Assembly (NCBI RefSeq): GCF_052425735.1
Contig: NC_135765.1
Location: 31,000,001-31,064,000 of the forward strand
DNA length: 64,000 nt
Direction: 5' to 3'
Origin: Oculina patagonica
Lineage: Eukaryota
The position numbers and the translations under genes are program-made. The notes under the pieces were generated by a model. That model did not search any database, was not told the DNA's origin, and worked only from the letters and a program-made list of their open reading frames with translations. Below are positions 62,301-64,000 of this stretch, piece after piece (within the stretch, counting starts at the first letter, position 1; every line of letters starts with the position of its first letter).

Positions 62301-64000
62301 AAACAGCAAAACCTCAAATACGGTTGAAGAGATTTATGATACAGATAAGAAGGATGAAGAAAATACATTTGTGAACAAAAATGATTGCAATGACGACAGT
62401 GATAGTGACGATGACTGGTCTGAAGAAAGAGAACGTCCATCAGGAGTTATGGATACTTTGCTTCAAGAACCAGACATGAATGAAAATGGGGATAACATAA
62501 TGAGCTTTGCACCTGCTGAAGGAAACAGACCATTAGGACTGTTTATTGATAGAGATTCTGAATTTCTGTCATTTCCAACGATATATTGTGGAACACGTAG
62601 AGCAGATAATAATGACAGATTAGTTCCTGTGCATTATAGTACAATCTGCAAATGGGAGCTACGAAGTCAAGACAGAAGGGTTGCACAAAGTGTACCAAAC
62701 ATTTTCTATAAGTTAAAGAAGTTGCAAGTCAAGCAAATTCAAGGGAGTGCATCACTCTCTCTTCGGAAGTGCAAAAAAAAGGGTAAAAAATATACAGCAG
62801 GTGATTTGAAATCAGCAGAATCTTTGGAAAAATTGATACATCTTGATGAAGGCTTCAGAGTCTTTAGAAATCTTCGGGCGTCACCTCCTTACTTCGAGAG
62901 ATGCAAAAGAGACTTGTTTGCAATGATCCGTCAGCTTGGCAAACCTACGTGGTTCTGTTCATTTTCAGCAGCAGAGACAAGGTGGACTCATTTGCTAAAA
63001 ATATTAGGACGGCTTGTCGATAAAAGAGATTATACTGACAATGAAATCCAAGATATGACTTGGCAAAAGAAATCAGACCTGATTAAAAGTGATCCTGTCA
63101 CATGTGCGAGGAACTTTGAACACATGGTCCAATTATTTCTACGTGACATTATAAAAAGTCAACTGAAGCCTATTGGTGAAGTAGTTGATTTTTTCTATAG
63201 AGTTGAATTCCAGCAACGTGGTTCTCCACACATACATTCTTTGTTCTGGGTGAAAAATGCTCCTCAATATGGAGAAAATGCAAATAACGATATTGTTACA
63301 TTTGTTGATAGTTATGTTGCATGTAAGGTTGATTCAAATGAACTGGGTGATCTGGTTAATTTGCAGAGGCATCGGCACTCAAGAACTTGCAAAAAACAGG
63401 GTCATAAGATTTGCAGATTTAATTTTCCATTACCACCAATGCCAAGAACGATGATTTTAGAACCCCTTTATGACGAGAAGGAGAAGTGCTCAGAAAAGAA
63501 AAATTATGAAAAAATAAGCGAATTATTAGATAACTTAAAATACGATGAGGAAATGAATTTTGAAGAATTTCTTCAGAAACTTGGTTTTACAGAAGAAGAA
63601 TATATCATGGCTCTAAGATATTCACTAAAGCGTGACACACTTTTGCTGAAAAGATCTCCATCTGAAATAAGAATTAATAACTACAATTCTAACTTGTTGA
63701 AAGCTTGGCAAGCTAATATGGACATTCAGTACATCTTAGATCCTTACGCTTGTGCTGTATATATTTTGTCATATATTACTAAAGGACAAAGAGGAATGAG
63801 CAAGTTACTGAGAAGAGCATCTGAAGAAGCAAGCTCTGGTAATAAAGATATCATGAACAAAGTCAGACATATTGGAAACAAATTTCTCAATGCTGTTGAG
63901 ATTAGTGCGCAAGAAGCAGTGTATTTGGTTTTACAAATGCCTTTAAGAAGGTCATCTCGTGAATTTCAGTTTATTAACACATCCAACCCAGAGGAAAGAA
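59332..64000 (+). mobile_element. Autonomous Helentron (Helitron2-type) rolling-circle transposon, 5' part
   Basis: Begins where the duplicate homology breaks; probable 5'-UTR intron 59880-59940; encodes the RepHel ORF below. The exact 5' terminus is approximate. Confidence 0.8.
59968..64000 (+). CDS. Helentron RepHel polyprotein: leader, 2A motif, OTU protease, 19-aa repeats, Zn finger/DUF6570-like region, HUH Rep (at least 1344 aa; helicase expected beyond the window)
   Basis: Uninterrupted frame from ATG 59968: MISLMQYRVAVGLH...LANDVETNPGP (60220-60243); OTU GAGDCFFRAVSHQL...HYVS; CTCC...WICSTC; LEERLVSPRIPFMQI...GNVVNVP; Rep motifs PTWFCSFSAAE, YRVEFQQRGSPHIH (His 63229, 63235), VYILSYITK (Tyr 63760, 63772). 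GSPHxH is Helentron-type. Confidence 0.92.
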   Translation, partial: MISLMQYRVAVGLHYTFLKAREISRCVKGQFWSTLLFMFYLEAIYLPALQRQARLWQMNYYVRFWFTQMWLYRFYLPMVIRLANDVETNPGPFFSVDTSKTVKTAHSTSMKVLAFRLSQLGLRPLDVGGAGDCFFRAVSHQLYGTAAYHSQVRAVGIDHLRNHPEHFIESNVEFSWLEYLNNMSRQGTWCDNLIIQAVANALNCTIYIAESAENFAESNVIHPADTHERPGTTIYIGHLDEVHYVSTAPMENEECNFHGQQSQVATPSKLPAVETEERILFNDKTQVCVTKIDSPILQKYSDTPPINDKAEKRRTYIRQYMQKKRADRQFRERENKQKQQKRKENLENSRKNQREALTSYEQVSPEKFKQRDKKTKTRGRESNLEKVRECQRRRFLKYKEANPEKVKERDKKTITKRRQNNLEKVKECKKRGFLKYKEANPEKVKEMDINKKRKRRENNPEKVKECQRRGFNKYKQTNPEKAQLNYTKYKALLQNARESQNVEINIENKCKDPGQNRKRTKDSGNQDQFQQETCKRKRTDEFVQENKKLKCQRSLDQTMTEQIETFHKNIKCGPEYICTCCDQLWYRSSVTKCNPNVYKVCPQNILKISLTGVKSLNNIEWICSTCHSNLKEGKLPSCAKANKMTFPDKPKVLNLTVLEERLVSPRIPFMQIRELPSGGQLSIHGNVVNVPANVNSTVNVLPRPVNESQTIPIKLKRRLRYKHHYQFQNIRPSKVLEAAKYLVQTSQLFQNEGIQVSDGWLKTLNENNEEWSEFLEKPNSKTSNTVEEIYDTDKKDEENTFVNKNDCNDDSDSDDDWSEERERPSGVMDTLLQEPDMNENGDNIMSFAPAEGNRPLGLFIDRDSEFLSFPTIYCGTRRADNNDRLVPVHYSTICKWELRSQDRRVAQSVPNIFYKLKKLQVKQIQGSASLSLRKCKKKGKKYTAGDLKSAESLEKLIHLDEGFRVFRNLRASPPYFERCKRDLFAMIRQLGKPTWFCSFSAAETRWTHLLKILGRLVDKRDYTDNEIQDMTWQKKSDLIKSDPVTCARNFEHMVQLFLRDIIKSQLKPIGEVVDFFYRVEFQQRGSPHIHSLFWVKNAPQYGENANNDIVTFVDSYVACKVDSNELGDLVNLQRHRHSRTCKKQGHKICRFNFPLPPMPRTMILEPLYDEKEKCSEKKNYEKISELLDNLKYDEEMNFEEFLQKLGFTEEEYIMALRYSLKRDTLLLKRSPSEIRINNYNSNLLKAWQANMDIQYILDPYACAVYILSYITKGQRGMSKLLRRASEEASSGNKDIMNKVRHIGNKFLNAVEISAQEAVYLVLQMPLRRSSREFQFINTSNPEER

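Overview
AT-rich, intron-containing animal genomic DNA. The repeat families and gene content suggest a stony coral or other cnidarian; this is inference and cannot be proven from the window. Host genes reconstructed by hand from splice sites: (1) a long internal exon of a Pmp-like/pectin-lyase beta-helix protein running off the left edge (-); (2) an orphan 3' fragment of a WD40 gene (-); (3) a 9-exon cyclin B3 (-), head-to-head about 400 bp from (4) a 10-exon SLC25A30/SLC25A14-type mitochondrial carrier (+) whose last intron is U12-type; (5) an intronless WS/DGAT wax-ester synthase (-) broken by two +1 frameshifts; (6) a 7-exon coiled-coil protein (+); (7) a 3-exon ~639-aa protein with an N-terminal Cys cluster, a dileucine motif and two tandem helical domains (+). 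The upstream region of gene 7 is duplicated just downstream of it. That second copy is cut by a Helentron-type rolling-circle transposon whose intact ORF (59968 to beyond 64000) is absent from the ORF track because it has no stop in the window. The ORF reads: hydrophobic leader, a virus-like 2A ribosome-skipping motif (DVETNPGP), OTU deubiquitinase, 19-aa repeats, Zn finger, HUH Rep. This 2A-processed Helentron polyprotein is the most striking item. The rest is a dense layer of Kolobok-like, AcademH-like, hAT, Harbinger and Tc1 MITEs, HINEs, tRNA-SINEs and decayed hammerhead motifs.
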